From Lingula anatina (taxonomy: Eukaryota; Animalia; Brachiopoda): a stretch of 64,000 nt of DNA. The stretch covers positions 5,332,001 to 5,396,000 of the forward strand of contig CM120640.1 of assembly GCA_051362555.1 (NCBI GenBank). Reading direction: 5' to 3'. The translations under genes and the position numbers were made by a program. Below are positions 35,673-47,740 of the stretch, piece by piece. Position 1 is the stretch's first letter. Each line of letters starts with the position of its first letter. Under the pieces are notes generated by a model, which was not told the DNA's origin, made no database searches, and saw only the letters and a program-made list of their open reading frames with translations.

Positions 35673-37589
35673 TTAACGCTTGAAAACTGAAGAAGTGCTG
35701 TACACGGTTGAAGACGTATCAGACATAGGAAAGTCGTTTTTGAGAACGCGTCGTCTCTGAGAACAACTGCATATGAACCCCACGATCACTGCCAGTAGAG
35801 CCAGTCCACAGACGCAGACCAACACAATAACTACAACCGTATCCTTGTCAGCGGCCAGTTGCCTTGGCTGGTCCCCAGGGGGCGGCTGGCTAGTTGGGGT
35901 ATTTGTAGAGCTGGGGACCGGCGGGTCCGTGCAATTGGCGATTTCGTCTGACGAGCATCCGGAGACTGTAAAAGACTCGATGGCACTTGACTCTTCCCAA
36001 CTTTCACCCTTGTTCGCTGACCGGTCACACCTCGCTCTGTTGTACGTCACGTCTCGAAATGTTAAATGCAGCCACAGCATTCTACAGTCACACGACAAGG
36101 GGTTGAACGAGATGTCGAGGATCTTTAGCCGCTTCAGCCGTCCAAATACACAGTGATGAACAGTTTCCAGGAAGTTCCCATGCAAGTCTAAGTTTTCAAG
36201 GTATTCCTCCAGACCTTGGAACGCCTCCGGTGGAAGTGAGGCCAGTTTGGAGGTGATGTTCGTTTGACTGAGATCTAGGCGTGTCAACTCGAGACCGTCG
36301 AATGCCCTCTTTGGAATAACTCCGAGAGCGTTGCCACCAAAGTAGAACTCTCGCAAATTTGTGAGGTTTTTCAAGTACGGAAGTTCCAACAGGCGGTTGT
36401 GCTCTAAGTGAAGAACTTCAAGACTTTCTTCAAGACCAGAAAACGCGCTGTTGTTTACACGCCGAATATTATTGCGAGCAAGGAAAAGTTCTTTAAGTTT
36501 GCTGAGTGACTGAAACGCATTTGCTCCCAAGATCTGAAAGGCGTTTCCCGACAATAGAAGTCGCTGTAAGTTAGTCAAGGAGTGTATAGCAGGTAAGACC
36601 GAGTCTTCAGTCAGGTTATTGTTCATAAGGTTTAGAGTCACTAATGACATGGCGAGTCCGTTGAATGTATCAGATGCCAGTGTGTGAAATCTGTTATTGG
36701 AAAGGTCGAGCGTAGTAAGACTGTGGAGATTATCGAATGTTCCTCTCTCTATTCTCTCGAGATTGTTTCCAGATCCATAAATGTTCCTCAACCCCGTTAG
36801 TCTCTGAAAAAGAGCAACGTTAAGTTCGCTTATGCGATTCCGATTAAAATCAAATATTTCTAGTTGTCTTAGTCTCTCGTATGTGTCAAGGGGGGTTTCG
36901 GTGAGCAAATTGTCGGACAAAGATAGTGATGTTAAGTTTTCGATGCCCTCAAAGGCACGCGTTGGGAGGTCGGCTATGCGGTTTTCTCCGAGCGACAAGA
37001 GTCCCAAATTTGGAAACTTCGAAAATTGCGCCTCAGCGATGGCACTGATGTCATTAGATTGTAGATCCAAGTGCTTTAACTCGTTCAGTCCTTCAAGGTC
37101 CGTCAGACCTAAATTTACTATTTTATTGTATCGCAGTTCCAGTCTCTGTAATTTGGTTAAAACTTTCAGGCCGTTCACTGGGATGCGCGGAAGTTGGTTG
37201 TAATTTAAATGCAGTTGTTGTAGAGTGCTGCTAATAGCGCTGAATGCGTTAGATGCGATGGTTGAGATTTGGTTCTGGTCCAGCCACAGTATTCGCACTC
37301 CATACAGCCCATCAAAAGCATAATTTGCAATGGAGGTCAGCTCATTTCTACGGAGATCTAGAATGTGAACACTGCGGTTAGCCTGGTAGGTAAACAGTGG
37401 AGTATCCGCCAATCCCTTCCCTACGCATTTCACAGAGGTGATCTCCTGCAAGTTTTCTATCCTAGTTGCACAATTGCAAGCGCTGGGTAGAATACTTGGG
37501 CATCCGCCGTGCGCCCCAGCTACGATCAGGTTTAAAGTTACAACCAGTAGAAAAAGACGCACTGACACACTGGCCCGTTCCACAAACAC
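35673..37589 (-). CDS. Leucine-rich-repeat type I transmembrane protein (LRRNT, about 18 LRR, LRRCT, Pro-rich stalk, TM, short tail), main exon
   Basis: 638-codon open frame. Hydrophobic signal LFLLVVTLNLIVAGAHG; LRRNT CPSILPSACNC; 18 LxxLxLxxNxL units; NPLSCDC LRRCT; TM VVVIVLVCVCGLALLAVIVGFIC. Acceptor tttttttattttag| lies immediately before 37589, so the GTG is not the start codon. Confidence 0.95.
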   Translation of the reverse strand: MFVERASVSVRLFLLVVTLNLIVAGAHGGCPSILPSACNCATRIENLQEITSVKCVGKGLADTPLFTYQANRSVHILDLRRNELTSIANYAFDGLYGVRILWLDQNQISTIASNAFSAISSTLQQLHLNYNQLPRIPVNGLKVLTKLQRLELRYNKIVNLGLTDLEGLNELKHLDLQSNDISAIAEAQFSKFPNLGLLSLGENRIADLPTRAFEGIENLTSLSLSDNLLTETPLDTYERLRQLEIFDFNRNRISELNVALFQRLTGLRNIYGSGNNLERIERGTFDNLHSLTTLDLSNNRFHTLASDTFNGLAMSLVTLNLMNNNLTEDSVLPAIHSLTNLQRLLLSGNAFQILGANAFQSLSKLKELFLARNNIRRVNNSAFSGLEESLEVLHLEHNRLLELPYLKNLTNLREFYFGGNALGVIPKRAFDGLELTRLDLSQTNITSKLASLPPEAFQGLEEYLENLDLHGNFLETVHHCVFGRLKRLKILDISFNPLSCDCRMLWLHLTFRDVTYNRARCDRSANKGESWEESSAIESFTVSGCSSDEIANCTDPPVPSSTNTPTSQPPPGDQPRQLAADKDTVVVIVLVCVCGLALLAVIVGFICSCSQRRRVLKNDFPMSDTSSTVYSTSSVFKR

Positions 37590-38000
37590 CTAAAATAAAA
37601 AAACAAATGCTGCATGGTTCAGTTGCTAACTAGAAGCTACTAGTACATAATACTAGTAGGCCTACTAGTACAATAATTCATCGATGACAAAAAATCTTTT
37701 CTCCCAGACTCAGTTACAAAAAAATTTAACTGGTTTTCTTGAACTTATATAGGGTCTAGGTATCAAACTTTGACGTGCATCTGGCAGTTAATGTATTAGT
37801 TAACATAGTTACTTACAACACAGATGCCACTCACAGAATGACGCCATGTTGTTAATTGAAGTGTACGTGACCTAGCAGAACTAGGGATATTTCTATAAAC
37901 ATACTAGTAATATCCTGCGATAATTAATGAGAGATTCTTGATCATAGCTATTTGGTTTTTTGTTACTTAAAATGTTTCATCTTGATGTATTTTAACTTAC

Positions 38001-38015
38001 CTTCATCGCCATCAT
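38001..38015 (-). CDS. LRR protein start-codon exon (MMAMK)
   Basis: Minus strand tagATGATGGCGATGAAG|gtaagt, a consensus phase-0 donor that splices in frame to 37589. Confidence 0.75.
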
Positions 38016-38436
38016 CTAGATTGAAGTATGCAATTGTGCAAGAGCTATAAGCTTAAGTATTGTTATTTGAGGGGTCCCAAAGAAATACGTAAACTAACAA
38101 GGAAGTTTGGTTTTTTCCATTGACTCCCCAGCGCATGGTTTCTTTTGTATTTTTCTCTGCGTAACAGGTATAAAATCAATATGCGATCCTTAACAGTATA
38201 ATAAGCGGCTTTCTCCGCACGAATGGCAAGGTACAGATGAAATGCCGCAACAAAAGCACACAAAAGAATTATTTTCACGACAAAACTGGTTATGCAAAGG
38301 TGCTGTATGGACCAATCGCAAGCGCAAGGATACTCTAGACGTTAGAAAGGCACTGAAGATTTTAGTCCCCACCCAAACCACACTCCTAAACACGGGGCAA
38401 CAGCAACCATCCCCTTCTTAAAAAAAAAAAAAAAGA

Positions 38437-38472
38437 GCGAGAGAGAGAGAGAAAGAAAGAAAGAAAGAAAGA
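38437..38472. repeat. (GA)n/(GAAA)n microsatellite next to an A-run
   Basis: Seen directly. Confidence 0.85.
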
Positions 38473-40055
38473 AAAACGGAAAGAAGAAATTGTCGGTTTC
38501 AGTCCACGTCCATTCCTGAAGAAGAAAAAGGATCTTCCATGTACTTGAAACGTAAAATGCTCTCCATCTTGATATTCCGCGAGCGGCATGCCAAACAAAA
38601 GGCCCGTTTTAATTTATGACAGCTGCTAATAAAAATATTATACCCATGAAAATTATATCAAAAGGTCATTAAGGTTTGTTTACATCAAAAGAGAGAGCGA
38701 TTGTTTAACCCTACACCTGGAAATCACCATTGCATGCAGCGTAATCCTTCGCCCCTGACAGTAAGATTTTAAAAAAGTAAAATAAAAATAATAAAGAAGA
38801 GCCGTGATCAAAAGATTGCTGACGGGCTTTGGTGTCTGTGCTAGAATCAACCATACCATTATGCTTGTTTTTTCTTTTTTGTTTTTATTTATTTATGTTA
38901 GGTTTTTTAACGTAAATTGAGTTGGATCTATTCCGCATTATTATATAGCGCCATACACAAATGAATTATCTAAGGTGTCTGATGCGTTAGATAAGACACG
39001 CCTAATCCACTTGTTGTGATCAAACACAATCTTACATTTAACGTTAATCACTATTAGCTTAATGTGCAGGGTAATTTTAATCGCTTTCAAACTCAAATAT
39101 AATAATTTCTAAAAAATCAAAGAATGCTTCTCTTCACACAAATATTCATATTAAAAGAAGTTCAGATTAATAATTGTCTAGTGGGTTTATCAGTTTGCGT
39201 ACATTTCGCGGAATTTCTGTATAATTGATATGTATATATGTTTTTATTCGATTTTGGGTTTAATCAAAGCATCATCACCCAAATTCCTGGAGGCTTTTAC
39301 TGCGAAGAGAGTGATATGTCCTATAAATTGTGCAAAGTACTACCAGCCTAACGCTTTGATCTGGTAAACTCTTGCTGAAGACACTGTCCCCGTCCTTCTC
39401 ACGAAATAAGTGCTTTCAGACATTAGCGGTGAAAAGCTATGATTATTGCGGTTGGAGCAGGTGTTTGGCAAAAACGGTAAATCAATTGAAAAGCAAAGAT
39501 TCAGTTTAAAGAGATTACCAAGATGTAACGAGGGTTAGTCATAGGGAAATGTCCTCAATTTGACTGAAAAGGTACATTTGTAAACACCTATTGTGCAGAA
39601 TACGAAGTTGTCGCATTAACTGGGTTTGGATTAGTTCCATTAGCATTGCTTACGCTTTAAGGTGTACTGTACGGTATTTAATATCAGGCGTTCTCTCTTA
39701 TAAGTTGAGACGTGTCTAAGTATGGTGTGCTTTCTGTAGTTTGAGCTTTTTAAAACACACATAATCATCAGGATTTTCTCAGCAGATAGAGTATAAGTAA
39801 CTACCGTAGGATTAACGCGTCATTATTTTCAACATTTCGATGACTGATATGTGTGATTTTCGCATTACACACACCGCCCGCCGCCCAGATATACTGTTGT
39901 CTCTTAAAGGGTCCTCCGCCTTAATCTTCCATCAGTATGGGCTTCAGCGCATATTGTTAATAATTAAGGTTCAATAGCCATACCCTATGTTTAATTGAGG
40001 TACCACTGATCTCAATGTGTTTGGGTATATACCGAGTGGCAGAACCATTGTATCA

Positions 40056-40062
<7 letters not shown>

Positions 40063-40093
<31 letters not shown>
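40063..40093. repeat. (GT)n microsatellite
   Basis: Seen directly. Confidence 0.95.
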
Positions 40094-40094
<1 letters not shown>

Positions 40095-41471
40095 TTGGGG
40101 GAAGGGTAGGGGAGTAGAGGGGGTAGAGGGGTAGTAAGGAAATTTTACCGTTAAGTCAGCTTGGAAAAAGTTGTGCCACTTTGCAGTGCTGAGCACATGA
40201 AACTTGCAACTGTAGGCCAACATTATGGGGCTTTTCTCCTCTTAAAAACTGTAAAATGGGATTGAGTTTTTTTATTCCTTGGACCCAGCTTTGTGATCAG
40301 AGTGGACTGGAAAAATGACAGGTGAGACAACGATAAGACAAGATGGACAGGTTTGACAGGTTACACAATGCTGACAAGATATGATCTATATCGATCAATT
40401 TGGAAATCTTTAGTCACTGATCAATACATCTGTGGTCAGCACACACCATTACATTACCGGTGAATTCTATTTTGTCTCTTTTTATTCTTTTTGTTCTTTG
40501 TGTCATAAAGGAGATAATTGCTGATTAAGCAGTATTTCAGCTCACGTTACTGTTCCGTATTTGGTTGGTTAAACCCAAAGCCAATTCATCATATACGCTT
40601 CGTTTGCCGTATTTGCCAAACACTAATGTTTTCATAGTGTGCCGTAAATTATTAAGAAAATCAATTAAAACAAACAACCCGTGTTATTTGTGTTGTGCAC
40701 GACGACTAGTATAATTGTCATGAAACCAAACAAACAAAATGTGGGCTGTCCACCTCGTGATTTTTCCTTAGGGATGCTTTTAATGATGCCCTGTCTGCAG
40801 ATTTTAGACTGTCGTTCAAATTGAGATGCCTAGATAGTTAAAACTGACAATAACAACCTAATTATCTTCCGCCCTTAGATTTCACCAGTTTGCTACCAAG
40901 CTAATTTTGCAAAAAAAAAAAAAAAAAAAAGGAAGTTACTCTAGTTTAAAGCAAAGGGTGCAATTTTTCCTAAAGATAAAACAGGTATTGTTTTTTTTTT
41001 CATTACCGCTATATTACTTAGATGCATCAAAACATTTCATTCCAATATGCATTTTTCTTAAAGCACCGATATTCGAGACTACGTACGGCAGCTTATGTTG
41101 GCAAAAGTTGGCAATAAAAATACTGTCAAGACGGCAAGCGGAATGAACTGGACACATTGTTTTGAATGAGCAAATAAGACCGAATTGACATTGATCATAG
41201 GTCAAAATTATTGAAAAATGCAATAAAAATCTTCTTTATTTCACCGCCTTTGCCATTAATACGATATACGATATTTTTTAATTTTCTAGGCACCTTCACT
41301 CTCGGTGTTATGCCGTCACCATATAAGATATTTTTCACCAAATATTTTCCAACATTTTTGACATAACTTATTGATATAAATACACGAGTATTTTTCTAGC
41401 GTTACTTATACGTGTAGCCTACCATGGCGGTGACGTACGTAGTATTTCCTGTTTCATAGTGGATATGTAAC

Positions 41472-41584
41472 CAGGGGCGGATCCATCATTATTTGAAGGG
41501 GGGTCCTCGGATGTGAACCCCCCCCCTTGCCGTGGGGAAATTGAAGGGGGGATCAGCCTGACCCCCTTCTACATCCGCCACTTT
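41472..41584. mobile_element. Short hAT-like MITE (CAGGGGCGGATCC...ATCCGCCACT ends)
   Basis: Inverted termini, G/C-run interior, and tgtaac repeated on both flanks (partial TSD). A more decayed relative lies at about 44038-44221. Confidence 0.55.
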
Positions 41585-43691
41585 GTAACCCATAAAAGTA
41601 TTAATACAGAGTGAACACCCTCCCTGGGTTACCACTGGATAACAGTCAATGACCCTCTCTTACATGTGACAAATGCATGTGACAAAAAGAAAGTCTGCAA
41701 TATTGTGTATGAATTTGAAATGGTCTATGAATTTGATGACTATCAAATATTGCCAATGTCACAGCTTTGAAAGGGGTGAGAGTGAGCAAAAATGTGTTAG
41801 CTAAGTGGTCGTAAGGCCTGTGTAACAGGGATTTTTAAATCTTAAAAGAAAAGAAAATGAAATCCAGCTAGCCGCATTGGTAAAAATGTCGATTTTTCCC
41901 ATGAGGACATCAGTTGCCAGGGTTTTCTATAAAATGTCAACTTCACTTTGAATCATACCAATCCGATGGTGCTGATAGAATTAGGCCTTCACACCAAACA
42001 AGTTGAAATCGTCTTGCTTCCCCTGATGCAAACCATTTGATAATCTTGAAATGTCACTGATCAGATCACTTCTAACAAAGTTTATTTTGTTATTTCCGCA
42101 GCCGATGGTTCACTTTAATCAAATTCTACTCCCTGAGTGGGAGACAGGCAAAGGAATTGATAAGATTACCTAATAGAATTTCAGGATGAAGAGAATCTCC
42201 ATCCCGTCTGTGCCATTTTTTGTCTTTCTTTCTTTTTTTAAAATTCATTTTGTCATCTACACGTTTCTTTATCAACGGTAATACACTTGTGTCGCTGCAT
42301 AAGGATAAGATGACATTCTTAAATAGTTTGTCTTGTGAGATTTCCTAAAATGATAGCTATACGTCAAGTCCCATCAATCAGTCCCCTTTAATTTTTTACT
42401 TCATTGGTAATTGGTCCCCCGTGCACAGGAAAGGGTCTGAGAGAGGCAATCTTAAAGAAAAGAGCTGTAATGAAAATGTCTTGAGAAAATCACAAAGTCT
42501 TAACTTGATTTCTGTGGGCAAAGCAGTTATTCTAATAATTGTTTTCCGACAATAGGCTGTTATTTAATGCAAATGAGGTTAAATTAAATAGCTATCCTCG
42601 CAAGGTACATTGTACGAGTGTCATTTTACAATGCTTGAATTAGGTTGAGGGAAACCCCAATTTTAACGCAAAATTGCTGTTAAAACGGACCAGCCTTGAT
42701 CTTCCGAGTGTGCATTATGCCCAAAAAGACTGTGCTGTATCAAAAATGACGTTAAATTTCCTAATGTTTTGATAACGCATTCCGACATCCGATTTGCTTA
42801 CGAGGTCCGCATGGCTTTTAAACACGGGAATTCTACTAAGTTACGATTTACTTTAAAAAGGATGTGTCTGGCAATCTCGCTCCGGTCTATAATAAAACTA
42901 TGATTCAGGTTGGATTTCAATCGATAATCTGTTATCATTTTCAGACCATTTTGAGTCTTTAAGTAACGGCAGTGTGCCTGTTCTGTCACAAAACAATCAA
43001 ACGCGAAATGTACACCAGGGAATTGGATTTTAAGTTAATAGAACTGCACAACATCATGGCATCCTGGAGACTCTAGCAAATTCACATACATCAACACATA
43101 CTGATAATCATATCTTATTACAGTGACACTAAAGCTGGACTTCTTTTTTTTACTAAGGGGACACCACTGCTCACTCCAGTTTCATTAAGTTCCCAATTAA
43201 TACAAAGTCTTGAGCAGTCGATGGAGACAAAATTATGAAGGCTCTTTCTTCCCACGTGCTGATCTTGATGTAGACATTGCGTGTTTGAACCGTTATTAGC
43301 TCCAGTCTTGTATTGCGAGTCATTATAGAACACCTGTCCATGACAATAACTATATCATCTTTAAATTGAGAGAAATATGATGGATAGGTGACAAAATCTG
43401 TTGGTGGGCGCAGACAGCACTCAATGATCATGATGAGAAAGATACACTACGGTATATTTTACCCAAACACTCACGCACGTATAATAGCGCATTTAGACAC
43501 TAAAAAGAGGGCGTTTTCCATACTTTGCCTCTAAAAGGCATTGCCGAATTTACACAACCAATTATTCAAAACACTGTGCCCAAAAATATTGCTTTGATCT
43601 CTGATCTCTGTTCGAATTTCGGTGGCAGTCTGTACCGTTAAGCATCAACCAGAGGAAGTTGCCTACCTAACGAGGGACCACGTTAGTTAAA

Positions 43692-43866
43692 GGTCCCATT
43701 CAGAACAGGGGACTAACTAATCCGAGGGTCAAATATGGTCGACCCACTTGAATACTACCCCACGGAATATATATTCAGTGTCTATTTAGCGGATTTTACG
43801 GCAAGCTTTGTATTGGGTCGCCATATTTGACCCTCGGACTAGTTAGCCCCTATTCTGAATGGGGCC
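43692..43866. mobile_element. Palindromic MITE with about 55-bp inverted arms
   Basis: ggtcccattcagaacaggggactaactaatccgagggtcaaatatggtcgaccca pairs with tgggtcgccatatttgaccctcggactagttagcccctattctgaatggggcc. Confidence 0.8.
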
Positions 43867-46800
43867 ATAGTCATAATTTTAGTCCACTTTGATTTCTTTT
43901 GCCCGAAGGGCAAGTAGCGGAAAACGTTTTTTGACTTGATATTTCTACGCTTTAAGTGTGGTATATACATATTTCTTACAAACTTTTGACCAAACAGGAT
44001 AGAATTATTTTGTAAAATTAGTGCTATAACTATCATACATTGGAGGATCTCTTTAGTGTAGCGTAGTGGTGACTCCCCCTTTTCAAAATGAACTGGAGGA
44101 ATAGTCCCCCATCCCTTCCAAAAATTAGACACGTACTGAGATCCAAATTAGTTACTCCAATTACAATTTTTGTAACGGAGACGAGGGTCGGAAATCGGGG
44201 GGACTCCTGGATCCGTCATTGTCATGCATTGTATACATCGCTTGTGGAAGAATTGACACTCATTAAACTATTTGCTTGTTTTGGTTAAAATAGTAACAGT
44301 ATATATATGTAGAGTTACAAGTGTATTTGATAGCCCATGTAGCGTTGCTCCAATCGATTCCCGATGGCAAACTAACAAGAAAGAGAGATGATATAACCAA
44401 AAAGTGGCATGTTTGTAGTTTGAATTATTAAGAATTTTGATGATAGTGGTTTTGAGACATCTTTTGTGATGTATTTGGCTACATCGCCTGTGTCTTCGAC
44501 GGTAACGCTCCCCTATAAACGCTTAAGGCAGATTGCATGGATAATTAGTTCGGGTATTTTATTTCGGAGAGTAAAACAGCCTAAAATTAACGGCGTTATT
44601 GATAATTAATGAGCATTGCGAGGACAACGAGGAGATAGTGCTAATAGTTGCCGTTGTGTTGATATGATGCCAAAACACATCCAGCTACGAAAGTGCTGGA
44701 AAGACGATATCCAAGAGTATTCTTTGCCTGTTTTTTAATTTGCTAAATAGATAAGTTTTTCATGGGTCCATGGTTTTGCATGTAAGATTGTTTTTTTCAA
44801 ATGACATTCAAAACTAACTACTGTACAAAAAGTCCGATCTTATCTTCACTTTTAGTTGCAATACGTCTAAAATCGGCCACCAAGCAATTACCCTAATGCA
44901 TTGGCTTATCATTTAACGAAAAACGCGCGTCGTTTGTTTTTGTAAAGTTTTCTGCCAGCTCGATTGCGGGTGTGTGTTGGTATTGCGTTACTATGGATTA
45001 TCGTTCTATTCAATATGTTAACACTGATTTCAAATATGACAGAGATAAACCGCTTCCTGTCACAGCTATATGAATTTGTAGTTATCAGTCGATCTTTCTG
45101 GCACTGAGCAGCTTGAACGGTCTGCCGCAATCCAAATGTGGCGCAACGAACAAACTTATGTCTGTCCGGTAGTATGGACAGTGGAAGTGACGGTACCAGA
45201 TGATGATGGTGGTGGGACAACGAACTACCCAGGCGTGATGATAAAATTGGCACACAACGCTGGACACCGGTCAACTTCATGATTTCGTGAGAAAATTCAA
45301 TAGCAATAACAATTAAGAAGATATCCGTAGTAGCTGAAAACATTAGGACTGTCAGTGGTGTGTCAGATAAAAGCTGACAAATCGATTCAAATGCTTGAAT
45401 TCACATGTACATGCCATTACTCCGGGAAATATCGTATTTCGTGATTGTTTACAATATGAAATCGTGTTATTATTTTCTTTCTCCTCTTGTTATTCCCTTT
45501 TTATACCAACTAAATGCAACTTTCATTTCATGCTTAATAAGAGCCATTGTCAGGTAATAAAAAGGCAACTATTCTACTGTATGGTAATACTTGTATGCTC
45601 ACATTCTGAGCAATGCTCTTTTCTGTTTACCCTGAGACTTAAAAACCAAGTGTGGAAATGGAACTGAATGTTCTTGGAAGAAATTATTAAAAAGTTGACA
45701 TAAGCTATAAAAAAAGCCCTACTGAGACCCAGCTGGCGACGAACCGTTTGATCCTCACTTCCAATGGCCTCTGGTGATATGCGTCAACAGCATCATTAAA
45801 GACCTTTCGCTCCACTCTTCTCAGAACACGCCGTCTCACACAATCTTTGTTGTCTCTGATTACCTAAAAGGTGGAAAATTGACACTTTCAACTAATTTTC
45901 GGGTGAATTATATCATGACGAATTTCTTTGCAAATTCCAAGAGCGTTTTGAGCGTCCCTTTTGACCACCTCCGCTCATCGTGTGTTTTTAACAGAAAACA
46001 GAAAATAGATTTTTAAGTGGTATTTCTCAAACGCCAAACCATCACTCAACACAGTACCACAGCTGTTTTGAACGGCTTGAGGATATACAGACCATTGCAC
46101 AAGTTGAAACTGAGAATGTATTTTTTTGTTTTGCGTTCTGTCTGCTTTTGTCTGGTCCAGATTGCGTTCTAAGCTGTCATGTTTTTACCCCGCCGTCCTT
46201 CAAGAAACCACCTGTCCCCCAAGGGCTGTTACATTAGTTCTAGGAATTACTGTCTGTACAGGGTACTTTTTGCCACAATTGTATTCAAACTTATTATCTT
46301 TTAGTCACGAACCCATGTTCTTGAAAAAAATAGGTAAGAATCGACCTCCAATTTCATTTACTGTGGATCGGGTTAAGTCAATTTAGAAAATAAGGTTTCA
46401 AAATGTCGAAATTTGTTGTTTTCATTCTAAGCGTAAACAAGACATTTAAAAAACACATTATATTATCGGTCATTGTACGGATAAGGGAATCCGAATGCTA
46501 TTAGTTTAAGCCAAATAATTTTTCTCATATTTCGAGAGGGTGCACGTAGAAATAGGTTTACAGAAAGAGACATGAAATTGTGGAATGTGTACGTTTTTTT
46601 TAAATTTTATATTCTTTTTCAATACAAATTATAGAAATATAGGAAAATCTAAATTCTTTTCGTTGTGCCAAATGTTTTTCTCGTTTTTCGAGAGGAAGGA
46701 CGTGTTGTGGTTAAGAGAGAGAGAAAGGAAATGCGAAATGTGGTTTGTGTAGGCTTTTTCGATTTTAATTTTCTTTTTTCATATGATATAAAAAACAATT

Positions 46801-47185
46801 CCATCACTAGTTCAGTATAGTTAAGAAATACATTAAGTTATGTGAAAACACGTTAATGATCATACCACAAAAAAGGTAAACATTAAAGTCAAATCAGTGA
46901 CGCATATACTTCTTCTAATATTTGTAACTGTTTTATCTTTTTAATTACAGTTTTCTTTCTCTATTGGAGGGTTCTATAGTATACAGCAGCGAAATAATTG
47001 GGAAGGTCTGAATTATTAAAATTTAAAATATGCCAAGCTTTGACTTGGCAGTTACACAATTGTCAGGTTTCAGAGTGCGAAGATTGTTTGATGGTTAGCA
47101 TTACAAAACCGTATCTTGCTCACAGCCATCATCATTTGCTAAACCAAATCTTTTCTTTTAAATGCTGGCACATACATATACTTTA

Positions 47186-47740
47186 TTAATCTGCAGTTTT
47201 ATTTATTTCATATGAATGGCCCCCATCGTTTATCCAACTTCCTAGGCTGGTATAATCATTCACAATGCCAACTTCATTTTGCTCTATGATTACCGGCGTT
47301 GATGTTCGCTTGACAGCTAAGGCTGTATTTGACCTCATTAACATTGATAATGAGGAGCATATGCTGTTGGTATATCTATTGCCGTCAATGTTTTGCAAAT
47401 CTAAGGTGTTTCTTGCCATGCGGCTGTATCTTCCGCGATTTTTAGGTACGGTTTCATTTTCAATTATTCCCAGTTGTATATGTAGCTTGTTTCAAAGCCC
47501 GACCAAGGGCCAATAAGCAACTGTGAGGAATGCATCCTTGCTTGATACCACATTGCTTCTTACAATTTTCTCCTCTCTTGACTCCATGACGTTTTGTAAT
47601 TACATTCTCTTGCCAGCGACTTTGTTGCAAAATACCACTTTGGGTATTTTAAACCATTTCAAGTATCAAAGAATGATTGAAATGATATCCATGTATACCT
47701 TGGAGTTAGGCATATTGCAAAGCGTACACGCCAGTTTTTG
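47186..47740 (-). mobile_element. Degenerate reverse-transcriptase fragment of a non-LTR retrotransposon
   Basis: Motifs occur in the expected order on the minus strand, with frameshifts: GIKQGCI (about 47550-47528), IAEDTA (YADD-like, about 47440-47422), MARNTLDLQ, and VGIVNDYTSLGSWI (YLGS-like). Confidence 0.65.

Noticed and set aside
35773-37203. Plus-strand ORFs of 127 and 123 aa
   Set aside because: Antisense shadows of the LRR coding exon.
44909-45343. 144-aa minus-strand ORF with a His run
   Set aside because: No recognisable domain or convincing splice context; the His run comes from a short (GAT/GGT) repeat.
46515-46785. Two diverged about 155-bp tandem copies
   Set aside because: Low-identity local duplication with no further structure.
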